Positions 34,681 to 45,047 of a stretch of DNA of 64,000 nucleotides are shown piece by piece; the stretch's first letter is position 1; each line of letters opens with the position of its first letter. Position numbers and translations under genes: made by a program. Source of the DNA: an uncultured Lachnospiraceae bacterium (GTDB lineage: Bacteria > Bacillota > Clostridia > Lachnospirales > Lachnospiraceae). The notes below the pieces were generated by a model. It made no database searches and was not told the origin of the DNA. It saw nothing but the letters and a program-made list of their open reading frames with translations. The stretch is taken from NCBI GenBank assembly GCA_945621435.1, contig CALZBR010000007.1, positions 8,119 through 72,118 of the forward strand, read 5' to 3'.

Positions 34681-36795
34681 CTAAATCAATGCATTTGTAT
34701 CCAGGATCAGAGCGATCTCGCCGTCACCCAGGATAGTTGCACCACTGATGAACTTGCATTGTTTGATATATCTGCCCAAAGTCTTGATAACGATTTCCTG
34801 TTGTCCGATCAACTCGTCAATCACCAGACCGGCTCTCTTATCACCCTTCTTCACAATGACAACAATCAAATCTTCCTCTTTGGATTTACGGTTCTCAATA
34901 TCCAGTACATCTCCCAGTCGAATCAACGGAATAACCGTCCCTCGCAGATTGATCACTTCTCTGTTTTGAACAAGCTTAACATCCTGAGGCGGAATATTCT
35001 CCAGGGTCTGTATGGAGCCAAGTGAAATCGCGTATTTCTCATCTCCCACAACTACCATCAGTGCCTGAATGATAGCCAGTGTCAGGGGAAGTCTGATGGT
35101 CCAGGTACTTCCTTCACCCAGCTTCGATTTGACCTCCACTTCACCGCTAAGAGACTCTATCTTCGACTTAACCACATCCAGTCCCACGCCTCTGCCGGAC
35201 ACATCCGTAACCTTCTGTGCGGTGGAAAAGCTGGGAAGGAACAAAAGATTGATAATCTCCTTGTCAGTCATGGTAACAGCTTGTTCTGCCGTAATACTTC
35301 CCCTCTCGATTGCCTTCTTCTTTACAGCTTCAACATCGATACCGTTTCCGTCGTCTCTTACTTCGATTACGACATTGTTGCCGTCCTGGTATGCATCCAG
35401 AAAAATAGAACCTACGGCGGGCTTGCCTCTCTGTGCTCGCACCTCGGCGGATTCCAGACCGTGGTCAGCAGCATTTCTCAACAAATGCATCAGAGGATCA
35501 CCGATCTCATCTACTACCGTTCTATCCAGCTCTGTCTCCTCACCGGACATATACAATTCCATCTTCTTGTCCAGTTTCTTGGAAAGATCACGAATCATTC
35601 TGGGGAACTTGTTCACCACGCTCTCAATCGGAACCATTCGTACTTTCATAACAGATTCATGAAGGTTCGTAGTAACCTGCTCTATGTATTCAATCTGTTC
35701 GTTGAAAGCGGTATTGGTGTTAACCTGCTGTTCCTGGCTGGAAACCGAGACAAGAGAGTTCTTTGCGATAATCAGCTCGCTCACAAGATTCATCAGGGAA
35801 TCCAATTTCTCAATATCTACACGAACGGTTCTGTTTACTACCGGCTTCGCAAGTGTCTGTTTCTTCGTCTCATTCTTGGCAGGTGCGGGCGCCGCTCCTG
35901 CCGCTGCCACATCTGCTTTCGGCGAACTCTGCTTTTCTTCCTTCGGCTCCTCTGTTTCAACTACTGCCATCTCTTTGTAATGCACATTATTTTCAAGTAC
36001 AATAGGAGCACCTACAACCTTTTCTATCTCCGAAACGCCTTCAGCAGCTTTGATTACAGCCTCCAGGCTTCCGTCAGAAATAACGATCAGTGTAAAATCT
36101 CTGTCAAATTTCTCATCCTCAACATCCTGTGCACTGGGATCGGATACGATAATCTCAGCCAGTTCCTCCACTGCTTTAAATACAAGAAACGCTCTGGCGG
36201 CTTTCAAAATGCAGTTCTCCTGAATCAGTACATTGATTCCGTAGACATTTTTTCCCTGGGTTTTCGCAGCTTTTATAACACTTACCTGGGAATCGTCAAG
36301 AGAAATGCCATCCCATTTAACCGCAATATCACCGGAAGAAGAAACTGCACCTGCTGCAGAAGACTTGTTCGAGGTATCTGCTGCATCTGTTGCAACAGCT
36401 GAATCTCCGTTTTTGTTCTTCATGATATCATTGAGAGCCTTGATCAGCACTTCATTATCATTGGTTCCTTCATCTGCGGAATTCTGAATATTCTCAGTAT
36501 AACCTTCCAAAGCGTCCAGACACTGAAAGAGCACGTCGATCATTTCAGGTTTCACTTTGATAGTGCCGTTTCGAACCTCAGAAAACACATTTTCCATATC
36601 ATGGGTCAGATTCTGCATTCTCTTATACCCCATGGTTCCGGCCATTCCTTTCAACGAATGCGCCGCACGGAAAATCTCGTTGATTGTGTCTGTCCCCTCA
36701 GGATCAGCCTCCAGTTCAAGAATCCGCGTGTTCAGATTCTGTAAATGCTCCTTGGTTTCATCAAGGAAAATCTCTAGATATTGACTTACATCCAT
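34681..36795 (-). CDS. cheA: Chemotaxis histidine kinase CheA
   Basis: IFRAAHSLKGMA (P1), TVRVDIEKLD, HLLRNAADHG, DVSGRGVGLDVV; start MDVSQY. Confidence 0.97.
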   Translation of the reverse strand: MDVSQYLEIFLDETKEHLQNLNTRILELEADPEGTDTINEIFRAAHSLKGMAGTMGYKRMQNLTHDMENVFSEVRNGTIKVKPEMIDVLFQCLDALEGYTENIQNSADEGTNDNEVLIKALNDIMKNKNGDSAVATDAADTSNKSSAAGAVSSSGDIAVKWDGISLDDSQVSVIKAAKTQGKNVYGINVLIQENCILKAARAFLVFKAVEELAEIIVSDPSAQDVEDEKFDRDFTLIVISDGSLEAVIKAAEGVSEIEKVVGAPIVLENNVHYKEMAVVETEEPKEEKQSSPKADVAAAGAAPAPAKNETKKQTLAKPVVNRTVRVDIEKLDSLMNLVSELIIAKNSLVSVSSQEQQVNTNTAFNEQIEYIEQVTTNLHESVMKVRMVPIESVVNKFPRMIRDLSKKLDKKMELYMSGEETELDRTVVDEIGDPLMHLLRNAADHGLESAEVRAQRGKPAVGSIFLDAYQDGNNVVIEVRDDGNGIDVEAVKKKAIERGSITAEQAVTMTDKEIINLLFLPSFSTAQKVTDVSGRGVGLDVVKSKIESLSGEVEVKSKLGEGSTWTIRLPLTLAIIQALMVVVGDEKYAISLGSIQTLENIPPQDVKLVQNREVINLRGTVIPLIRLGDVLDIENRKSKEEDLIVVIVKKGDKRAGLVIDELIGQQEIVIKTLGRYIKQCKFISGATILGDGEIALILDTNALI

Positions 36796-36821
36796 ACCTT
36801 TCCCCATCCCTTTCTTTTACT

Positions 36822-37898
36822 CTATCCTATAATACCTACATTCATAACAATTTCCCTGGCTATCTGTTCCAGCGGAACAATCTGATCTGCCAAACCGGCA
36901 TTTGCTATCGCTTTTGGCATGCCATATACCGTACAGCTTCCTTCATCCTGCGCAATCACGTGAATCGGTTTTTTCTTCTTCAGATTCCGAATTCCTTCCA
37001 TACCGTCAGCCCCCATTCCGGTCAGGACTGCACACACCACTTTATCGTACCCGGTCTCCCGTAAAGATTCATACATGTAATTGGCACATGGCTTAACACC
37101 TTCCCGGTTGGGTTCGTCGGTATAATGTATGGTATATTTTCCTCCCTGGCTTTTCACATTCAAATGCAACCCACCCATGGCAACATATACCGTTCCCTTT
37201 TGAAGTTCTTCTCCTTCCTGGGCTTCCTTGACCTTCAGCTTGCTCAATTCGTTCAATCTCTCCGCGAGAGAAACGGTAAACCCCTTGGGCATATGCTGAA
37301 CCAACAGCACGGGAGCATCTAAATCCGCCGGGAGTTCGGGAATCACAGACTGTAGCGCCTTTGGACCACCTGTGGAACTGGCAATGGCCACTATGATATT
37401 CCCTTCGCTCTGTTTCATCGCCTTCACATTCTTATCCGGGATAACGACCGGAGGTTTCTCCGATGGTTTCGTTGTATCCTGTTCATACACGGGCAAAGCG
37501 GCGCTTGCTACGGCATATAAAGTCTCCAGAAATACTTTTCGAAATTCTTCTGCTTTACATCCGAACGCACTAACCGGCTTCTGAATGAAATCGAAAGCCC
37601 CAAGTTCCAAAGCCTCCATGGTGATCTGCGCTCCGTCTGAAGTGTCCACACTGACCATCATGACCCTTGCAGGTATCCTGCTCTGTTTCAATCCTTTCAG
37701 GACATCTATACCACTCATCTTCGGCATGTTAACATCAAGAATCACAGCATCATACTGATTTGTTTTCAGCAGTTCAAATGCCTCTGCTCCATTATTAGCC
37801 ATAGAGACCACTTGAAATCTCTGATCTTCTTCTATTATATCACAAAGTACTCTTCTCATAAGTGCAGAGTCATCAACTATCAGAATTTTTTTAGGCAT
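36822..37898 (-). CDS. cheB: Chemotaxis response regulator methylesterase CheB
   Basis: REC domain plus ASSTGGP, VQHMP, LTGMGADG, VYGMP. Confidence 0.96.
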   Translation of the reverse strand: MPKKILIVDDSALMRRVLCDIIEEDQRFQVVSMANNGAEAFELLKTNQYDAVILDVNMPKMSGIDVLKGLKQSRIPARVMMVSVDTSDGAQITMEALELGAFDFIQKPVSAFGCKAEEFRKVFLETLYAVASAALPVYEQDTTKPSEKPPVVIPDKNVKAMKQSEGNIIVAIASSTGGPKALQSVIPELPADLDAPVLLVQHMPKGFTVSLAERLNELSKLKVKEAQEGEELQKGTVYVAMGGLHLNVKSQGGKYTIHYTDEPNREGVKPCANYMYESLRETGYDKVVCAVLTGMGADGMEGIRNLKKKKPIHVIAQDEGSCTVYGMPKAIANAGLADQIVPLEQIAREIVMNVGIIG

Positions 37899-38632
37899 CA
37901 GACAAATCTCTCCTTGCGTCTGCTCTTTCGTTCTTCTTCAAATATATATTTTATGATTTGTTCTCTTTCTTTTTCATCCATATGGCAGAACTGGACCCGA
38001 TGTTCCCACACACCCGGGCGATTCTCTGATTTCCTGATACTGAGAACCTTCCCGGTACTTTCAAACTTCTTCTTTTCCCCCCCAATCATCAGGTGATAAC
38101 CGATATATAAAGTATCGTCCTTTTCGTATTTCTGAGTGGAAAGAAATCTCAGCCCTCCTCCGCTGATATCCACAATGATACTTCGCTTTAACGGTTCACT
38201 GTGTTCCAGCATATCCGGCTTCAGCACGCCCCTGTCCATTGCTTCCAGTTCGGAAGCCTCCAGAACCCTGGAAGTCATTTCAATGGCACAGCTAAACCGA
38301 TAATATTCCCTTCGCTGATACTTGCGCAGATTACTGATAAGCTCTACCACAAGGATATAGACATTGTTGCTTTTGTAGCGGTCAACTATCCTTGCGTCAC
38401 ACTCATAAAGTCCATTTTCGCCATAAAAAATCAGGTTGTATTTACCGTCTATCGGAAGCAGAATCAGCTTGCTCTTTTCCATTGGCATCAGGATTTCCAA
38501 TGTATCTTCAGATATGATCTCACTCACGCTGCTGGCATAAACCCTGTGACCGTTTTCGCCTCTTTCGCCTTCTATCCGCTCTAAAGCCTGTAAATCTATT
38601 CTATCTCCGGACTTAATAAATTTTGATAACAT
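37898..38632 (-). CDS. PilZ-domain c-di-GMP-binding flagellar brake protein (YcgR/MotI-like)
   Basis: QRREYYRF (RxxxR) and DISGGG motifs. Confidence 0.88.
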   Translation of the reverse strand: MLSKFIKSGDRIDLQALERIEGERGENGHRVYASSVSEIISEDTLEILMPMEKSKLILLPIDGKYNLIFYGENGLYECDARIVDRYKSNNVYILVVELISNLRKYQRREYYRFSCAIEMTSRVLEASELEAMDRGVLKPDMLEHSEPLKRSIIVDISGGGLRFLSTQKYEKDDTLYIGYHLMIGGEKKKFESTGKVLSIRKSENRPGVWEHRVQFCHMDEKEREQIIKYIFEEERKSRRKERFV

Positions 38633-38647
38633 TGTAATCCCCGTTTC

Positions 38648-39523
38648 TTATTGCTTTTTGTTAAACACCATATGTGTGAAAAAGCCGGCCATTCCACGCC
38701 TCGACTGACGTTCCTCATCCTCTTTTCCCAACAGTCTCAACGCAATTCTTTCGTATGCTGCAGTTGATTTTGCACCCGGATTCTGAATCGATACCGGCAT
38801 CTGTTGCATGACCGCCTTGGAAAGCTGCGGGTCATCCGGCACAAACCCCAGATATGTCATCGGTATCTTCAGGTATCTGGTCACCACCGCATTCAGCTTG
38901 TTAAACAGGATCTGCCCTTCTGCTTCTTTCTGTACTCTGTTTGCAAGCATCCTTACCTTTGTCATATCTTGCTGAAATCTGGGATGTCTGTACAAAGCCT
39001 TTAATAAGGAATAGGAATCCGTAATCGAGGTGGGCTCCGGTGTAGTCACCAGCAAAATCTCTCCGCTTGCCACCAGAAACTCAAGGACTGCGTCCGATAT
39101 TCCTGCTCCGGTATCCACAATCACAATATCCGCAATCGCGTCAAGCTGTACAAGGTTCTTAATGATATATGTGAGATAGTCTTTGTTAAGATTGGACATT
39201 CCGGCAATTCCGCTGCCCCCTGAAATAAATCCCACATCCATGGGTCCCCAGGTAATGATATCTTTGATATTTTTCCCCTGATAAATCAAGTCGCACAGAT
39301 TATGCTTCGGCACCGCTCCAAACATAATCTCAATGTTTGCCAGTCCGAAATCTGCGTCAAGAATGATGACCTTCTTCCCCATTTTTCGAAACTGAATCGC
39401 TAAATTAATGGAAGTATTGGACTTACCCACACCGCCTTTACCGCTGGTCACGGTAATCACTCTGGCCACGGGTCTGGTCTGCTGACTGGCTTTAATAATT
39501 CTTAACTGATTCGCCTGATCCAT
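38648..39523 (-). CDS. flhG: MinD-like flagellar number regulator FlhG
   Basis: TSGKGGVGKS, DADFGLAN, DTGAG, TPEPTSITD; follows flhF. Confidence 0.9.
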   Translation of the reverse strand: MDQANQLRIIKASQQTRPVARVITVTSGKGGVGKSNTSINLAIQFRKMGKKVIILDADFGLANIEIMFGAVPKHNLCDLIYQGKNIKDIITWGPMDVGFISGGSGIAGMSNLNKDYLTYIIKNLVQLDAIADIVIVDTGAGISDAVLEFLVASGEILLVTTPEPTSITDSYSLLKALYRHPRFQQDMTKVRMLANRVQKEAEGQILFNKLNAVVTRYLKIPMTYLGFVPDDPQLSKAVMQQMPVSIQNPGAKSTAAYERIALRLLGKEDEERQSRRGMAGFFTHMVFNKKQ

Positions 39524-39533
39524 GAATACCTCC

Positions 39534-40766
39534 TTAATTCTTCTTCAACAACTGTTTTACTGTCTTCTGTGGATTAAAAAGTTCAATGTCATCAGGAACG
39601 TTCTGTCCACAGGTTACATATGCGATGGGAGCGTCCGTATACAATCTGAGATTCAACAGATTCCCCAGTGTGGCTGTCTCATCCAGTTTCGTAAATATCA
39701 GCTGATATTCCGTAATCTCCCGATAATTTGATGCAATCTTCAGCAGATCCCTGTACTTTGTGGTAGCGGATAATACCAGAAAAATCTGACACTCCCCATA
39801 CTTTTTCACCGCCTCAAAAAGCTCTTTCATCTTATCCATGAGCTCCTCATTGCGATGAGAATGCCCCGTGGTGTCCACAAAAATATAATCATAATCGCTG
39901 AAATCAGCAATCGCGGAATTGAATTCCTCAGCGGTATAAAGCACCCTGAAGGGAACTTCAAGAATATTGGCGTAGGTTCTGAGCTGCTCCGCTGCGGCTA
40001 TTCGATAGGTATCTGCTGTCAGGAGTGCGACCTTTTTTTTCTCCTCCATACAATAATGGCTTGCTATCTTGGCAATTGTGGTGGTCTTACCCACTCCGGT
40101 GGGACCGATGAACAATAATACCCTGGGACCTTTTTCTGCGGGAGCGATTCCTTCTGCCCTGCCAAATTTCAACACCATTTTCTGATAGACATTCGCCAGG
40201 ATGTAATCGAACGGAAGATTGGGCTTTTTTATCTTCTCCACATCATCAATGATCTGATTGGCATATTTTTCATCCACCTCATTTTCCAACATGGTATTGT
40301 AAAGCAAACGAATGAATTTTTCCTGTTCTCCCGTCTCCTCAGCACTTTCTTTTTCCTTGCCATTCTCTTCTTCCGTCGCTTCTTCCCTGTTTAGCTGCTC
40401 CTGTTTTTCCTCCTGCTGTTTGAAGCGGTCCACAAGCAAAGTCTGCAGACTATCCAGCTTCTTCTCGATATTTTGTGAGCTTTCACTCATGACATTGACG
40501 GTATTATGTGTCATTCTCCCGGCTTCTCCCGACTTTACTGACTCAGAAGACGTTTTGGTCGTAGTCTCCCGGTGTGCAGACTTCAGGGTATCTCCTTCTT
40601 CCTCCAAGGCAACCGTAACCTCTGTCAGCTTTGCCCCCAGCCATCCGGAAATCCCCTTTTTCTTAACAATTCGGACATTCATGATGACAATGCCATTGCC
40701 AAGTTCCTTTTTCGCCAGTTCCACGGCTTCATTTTCTGTTCTACCTGTAAACTTCTTGATAACCAT
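39534..40766 (-). CDS. flhF: SRP-family GTPase FlhF
   Basis: GPTGVGKTTTIAKIA, DTYRIAA, DTTG, TKLDE, GQNVPDDI. Confidence 0.95.
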   Translation of the reverse strand: MVIKKFTGRTENEAVELAKKELGNGIVIMNVRIVKKKGISGWLGAKLTEVTVALEEEGDTLKSAHRETTTKTSSESVKSGEAGRMTHNTVNVMSESSQNIEKKLDSLQTLLVDRFKQQEEKQEQLNREEATEEENGKEKESAEETGEQEKFIRLLYNTMLENEVDEKYANQIIDDVEKIKKPNLPFDYILANVYQKMVLKFGRAEGIAPAEKGPRVLLFIGPTGVGKTTTIAKIASHYCMEEKKKVALLTADTYRIAAAEQLRTYANILEVPFRVLYTAEEFNSAIADFSDYDYIFVDTTGHSHRNEELMDKMKELFEAVKKYGECQIFLVLSATTKYRDLLKIASNYREITEYQLIFTKLDETATLGNLLNLRLYTDAPIAYVTCGQNVPDDIELFNPQKTVKQLLKKN

Positions 40767-42811
40767 TATGCTGTCACCATCCCTACAGACTGTAATTCTA
40801 CATTATTTTCCACTTCGTTGTATGACACTACCACAAGATCCTTGAAATAATCTTCCGTTAATCGCTTGAAATACACGCGAACAATAGGCGATGTGATTAT
40901 GATGGGCATCTTACCCAGATTTTCAAGTTTCTGAACCTCTTTTGTCAAAGAATCCATAATGGCTCTGGTCCTGGCAGGATCCATATTCAAAAAAGCTCCG
41001 TTCTCCGTCTGTTTCACACTTCCCATGATCTCCTGTTCGATCTTCGGATCCAACGTCACAACGCTGGTTGTTTCATGAGAAGGAAAAAACTTGGTAGATA
41101 TGGCCCGTTTCAGGCTCTGTCTCACATACTCGGTCAATATGTCCGCATCCCTCGTGGTTGGGGCATAGTCTGCAAGAGTTTCCATAATCGTCAACAGGTC
41201 TCTTATGGAAATACCCTCCTTTAACAGATTCTGCAAAACCTTCTGTATCTCTCCGATGCCCAAAAGCTTCGGTACCAATTCCTCTACCAGGGAAGGATTG
41301 GTCTCCTTCATATTGTTTACCAGATTCTGAACATCCTGTCTGGTCAGCAGTTCAGAGATGTATTGTCTGATAATCTCGGTCAGATGCGTTGCAATGATGG
41401 AAGGAGGATCCACCACCGTGTAACCAAGGCTTTCCGCTCTCTCCCTCTGGCTCTCCGTAATCCAGATTGCCGGCAGATGAAAGGACGGTTCAAAAGTAGG
41501 AATACCTGTGATCTCCTCTTCCACATAACCGGGATTCATGGCCATATAGTGGTCGAACAAAATCTCACCCTCACTGACCTGAATACCTTTAATCTTGATA
41601 ATATACTGGTTCGGGTTCAACTGAATATTATCTCTCAGACGAATAATGGGTACTACCGTACCAAGTTCCAACGCAATCTGGCGTCGGATCATAACCACAC
41701 GGTCTAACAGATCACCGCCCTGATTCACATCAGCCAGAGGGATGATGCCATAGCCAAACTCCAGCTCGATGGGGTCTACCTGAAGAAGGCTGTTGACATT
41801 CTCAGGCTGGCGAATCTCCTCTGCGGCAGCTTCCTCCGCATCAACCTCCTGTTCAATTCCGGCAGTCTCAAGATTGCCTGCAATCAGTCTGCCTCCTACC
41901 ACAAACAGCATACCCAGTCCCACAAAAAGAATTGTGTTCAGTTCTGTGACAATACCGAGAAACGACAAAGTCGCCCCAACAAGGTACATAACCTTCGGGA
42001 CGCCGAACAGCTGCCTTATAATCGCAGGGCCGAAATCTGCCTCCTTGCTTCCCTTTGTGACCAGGATACCTGTGGAAAGGGAAATAAGCAGGGAAGGAAT
42101 CTGGCTTACCAGTCCGTCACCTATGGTAAGAATACCGTAATCTTCCAGAGCTCTGCCGATATCTGTTCCCCTGCGGAGCATACCCATGGCAACACCGCCT
42201 ACCAGATTGATCACTGTCAGCAGCAAGCCCGCCACGGCATCTCCCTTGACGTATTTTACGGCACCGTCCATGGAACCGAAGAAGCTGGACTCCTGCTGAA
42301 TCTTATCCCTGCGTGCCTTTGCTTCCTTGTCATCGATAGCTCCCGTATTCAGATCCGCATCAATCGCCATCTGCTTACCGGGCATGGCATCCAGTGTGAA
42401 CCTGGCCGTTACCTCAGCCACACGCTCGGAACCTTTGTTGATGACCAGAAACTGTATCATGATTAATATGATAAAAACAATGGCACCGATAATCAGGTCG
42501 CCGCCGCCCACGAATTCTCCGAAGGTCTTAACCACATTGCCGGAATCTCCGGTGGAAAGGATCAATCTGGTGGAAGAGACATTCATGGCAATCCTGAATA
42601 TCGTGGTAAAAAGCAGAATCGTCGGGAAGTACGACAAATCCAGCACTTCCTTGGAAAACATACAGGTAAACAGAATGGTAAAGCTGACGGCAATGTTAAA
42701 CGCCATGAAAACATCCAGCAGAGCAGCGGGAAGAGGAACGATGAGCATAATAAATGCCACAAGGATATATATAGCTACAATGGTATCTGTCTTTGCCATT
42801 CTTGCATTCAT
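40766..42811 (-). CDS. flhA: Flagellar export gate protein FlhA
   Basis: KGSERVAEVTARFTLDAMPGKQMAIDADL, GDGLVSQIP. Confidence 0.98.
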   Translation of the reverse strand: MNARMAKTDTIVAIYILVAFIMLIVPLPAALLDVFMAFNIAVSFTILFTCMFSKEVLDLSYFPTILLFTTIFRIAMNVSSTRLILSTGDSGNVVKTFGEFVGGGDLIIGAIVFIILIMIQFLVINKGSERVAEVTARFTLDAMPGKQMAIDADLNTGAIDDKEAKARRDKIQQESSFFGSMDGAVKYVKGDAVAGLLLTVINLVGGVAMGMLRRGTDIGRALEDYGILTIGDGLVSQIPSLLISLSTGILVTKGSKEADFGPAIIRQLFGVPKVMYLVGATLSFLGIVTELNTILFVGLGMLFVVGGRLIAGNLETAGIEQEVDAEEAAAEEIRQPENVNSLLQVDPIELEFGYGIIPLADVNQGGDLLDRVVMIRRQIALELGTVVPIIRLRDNIQLNPNQYIIKIKGIQVSEGEILFDHYMAMNPGYVEEEITGIPTFEPSFHLPAIWITESQRERAESLGYTVVDPPSIIATHLTEIIRQYISELLTRQDVQNLVNNMKETNPSLVEELVPKLLGIGEIQKVLQNLLKEGISIRDLLTIMETLADYAPTTRDADILTEYVRQSLKRAISTKFFPSHETTSVVTLDPKIEQEIMGSVKQTENGAFLNMDPARTRAIMDSLTKEVQKLENLGKMPIIITSPIVRVYFKRLTEDYFKDLVVVSYNEVENNVELQSVGMVTA

Positions 42812-42860
42812 TGCTCTTCCTCCTTTCTCTGCCTTTTGTCTTTTTTATTCGTGATATTTG

Positions 42861-43970
42861 TTATATTTTTCCCTGCAAATGATAAACAAACGCGAGAACC
42901 TCCGCCACCGCCTGATACAGCTCCGGCGGTACCGCCTGTCCGATGTCCACGTTGGCATACAGCATACGGGCAAGTGGTTTGTTCTCCACTATCTCAATCT
43001 GATTCTCTCTGGCTACCTCCTTAATCCTGGCCGCCATGTAATCTTCACCCTTCGCGATCACCACGGGAGCGTCTGCAATCTCGGGATCGTATTGAATCGC
43101 CACAGCGTAGTGTGTAGGGTTGGTGATGACCACATCTGCCTTGGGCAGATCCTGCATCATACGTCTTCTGGAAGCCTCTCTCATCTTGGCCCTGATCTGC
43201 CCCTTGATCTGAGGATCTCCTTCCATTTGTTTGAATTCCTCTTTGATTTCCTGTTTGGTCATCTTCATATCATTGCTGAATTTGACTCTCTGATAAATAT
43301 AGTCACCCAGCGCTATAACCATATATAAGGCCGAAATCCGTATTCCCAGATCGGTCATTGTCTCTGCCGCAAGTCCTATGGCCTGCATCAAAGACATGTC
43401 ATACAGGTTAAAAAGCAGGAGCCATCTTTCCTTCAGGTAGGAAAAGCAAACATAGACGATCAACCCTATCTTCAAAACAGACTTCACCAATTCCACCAGG
43501 GAATTGACAGAGAAAATCTTCTTGAACCCACTGATGGGATTCAACTTGCTGAACTTAGGTTTCAGCGGCTTCGTCGTGGGCTTCCACTTTACCTGTACCA
43601 AATCGCTGAGAAATGCCACCAAAAAACCGATGATAAGTATCGGTGCCAGGATCAGCAAAACCTGTTTGAGCATCAGTCCAAACAAGGACATCACGCTTGC
43701 CTCGGGCATAAACCCATTCGGATATACCGTCAGATCCGGAATCCGGTTATAGACAATCTGAAAAACGCCCAGCAGCTGTTCGCCAATGTGTCCAACCCAG
43801 AATTTTAAAATCAGAAAGAGAGCAAGTAATCCAAGTCCGTTTGCAATCTCACGGCTTTTGGCCACCTGCCCTTCTTTGCGGGCATCATCTAACTTTTTAC
43901 TGGTAGCGGGCTCTGTCTTCTCGCCACCCATACCTTCTTTTGCAAAGAATTGCAGGTCATATCGAATCAT
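42861..43970 (-). CDS. flhB: Flagellar export substrate-switch protein FlhB
   Basis: EKTEPAT, EGDPQIK, autocleavage motif TNPTHYAVA. Confidence 0.97.
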   Translation of the reverse strand: MIRYDLQFFAKEGMGGEKTEPATSKKLDDARKEGQVAKSREIANGLGLLALFLILKFWVGHIGEQLLGVFQIVYNRIPDLTVYPNGFMPEASVMSLFGLMLKQVLLILAPILIIGFLVAFLSDLVQVKWKPTTKPLKPKFSKLNPISGFKKIFSVNSLVELVKSVLKIGLIVYVCFSYLKERWLLLFNLYDMSLMQAIGLAAETMTDLGIRISALYMVIALGDYIYQRVKFSNDMKMTKQEIKEEFKQMEGDPQIKGQIRAKMREASRRRMMQDLPKADVVITNPTHYAVAIQYDPEIADAPVVIAKGEDYMAARIKEVARENQIEIVENKPLARMLYANVDIGQAVPPELYQAVAEVLAFVYHLQGKI

Positions 43971-44749
43971 TGCATTGCTCCCACAAAGGCAATCATCATC
44001 TCTTTCATCTTCTCAAATATAAAATCAGCCGTTCCGGGTAACAAGCCTGCCGTAAAGAAAAGGACTCCCAAACCGGTCAGGATCTTCAGCTGAATACCTA
44101 CCGAAAACATATTCATCTGAGGAGCCACCTTGGCCAGGATACCCAGCACTGCATTCAAAAGCAAAATCACACAAAATACCGGCAATACGATACGAAACCC
44201 GATGAGAATATATTCTCCCAGAAATAACAGTATGGAATTCAACAGCCGGTCTGAATGAAATACCGCCCCATTCACCGGGATCAAGGTAAAGGTGTCAGCC
44301 AATGCCCCAAAGAGGTACCGGTACATACCTGTGGCTATCATCATCAGCATCAATACATATTGAAAGAAAACACCTGTGATACTTGTATTTTCCCGCGTTG
44401 TCGGATCCAGCAGGGTAACCATGGATAAACCCGTTTCCATATCAGCTACGGAACCGGCAAAGTTCACGATGGAAGTGCACATAGTTGCCGAAAAGCCGAT
44501 CAGTAACCCCGTAATCGCCTCTTTCATCACAATCAATGCGTATTCCATCACCGTGCCGTATACAATAATATCAGCCGGTGACAGCGCCTGATATAAAAGC
44601 ATGGCCGTAAAAAAGCTGATACCGATTCTGATGCGGGCCGGAACACTGTTCATACTGAAAAAGGGGGCGATAAAAACGAAGCAGGACACCCTCGTAAATA
44701 TCAAAAGAAAATATTCCAGATCATAAATGGAAAACGACAAATCAACCAT
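43967..44749 (-). CDS. fliR: Flagellar export protein FliR
   Basis: APFFS...VPARIRI, APQMNMF; position in fliPQR-flhB. Confidence 0.93.
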   Translation of the reverse strand: MVDLSFSIYDLEYFLLIFTRVSCFVFIAPFFSMNSVPARIRIGISFFTAMLLYQALSPADIIVYGTVMEYALIVMKEAITGLLIGFSATMCTSIVNFAGSVADMETGLSMVTLLDPTTRENTSITGVFFQYVLMLMMIATGMYRYLFGALADTFTLIPVNGAVFHSDRLLNSILLFLGEYILIGFRIVLPVFCVILLLNAVLGILAKVAPQMNMFSVGIQLKILTGLGVLFFTAGLLPGTADFIFEKMKEMMIAFVGAMQ

Positions 44750-44761
44750 ACTTTTCCATTC

Positions 44762-45034
44762 CTATCTATGAACGTAGACACTAAAGGATGACCATAGCTC
44801 AACCATGAAATTCACCATGCTGTTCATCATCCACTGTCCAAACAAAATCAACGACAAAAACACACAAATAATCTTCGGTACAAAGGTAAGTGTCTGTTCC
44901 TGAATGGAGGTCACAGTCTGGAAAATACTGATTGCCAGTCCGATCACCAGTGACACCAGGAGGACAGGAAGCGAAACCTTAATGATCAGATATAAGGCAT
45001 CTCTTGCAATCTCCGCCACAGCTTCTACTGTCAT
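44762..45034 (-). CDS. fliQ: Flagellar export protein FliQ
   Basis: SIFQTVTSIQEQTLTFVPK. Confidence 0.96.
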   Translation of the reverse strand: MTVEAVAEIARDALYLIIKVSLPVLLVSLVIGLAISIFQTVTSIQEQTLTFVPKIICVFLSLILFGQWMMNSMVNFMVELWSSFSVYVHR

Positions 45035-45047
45035 CTAATCAACCTCC

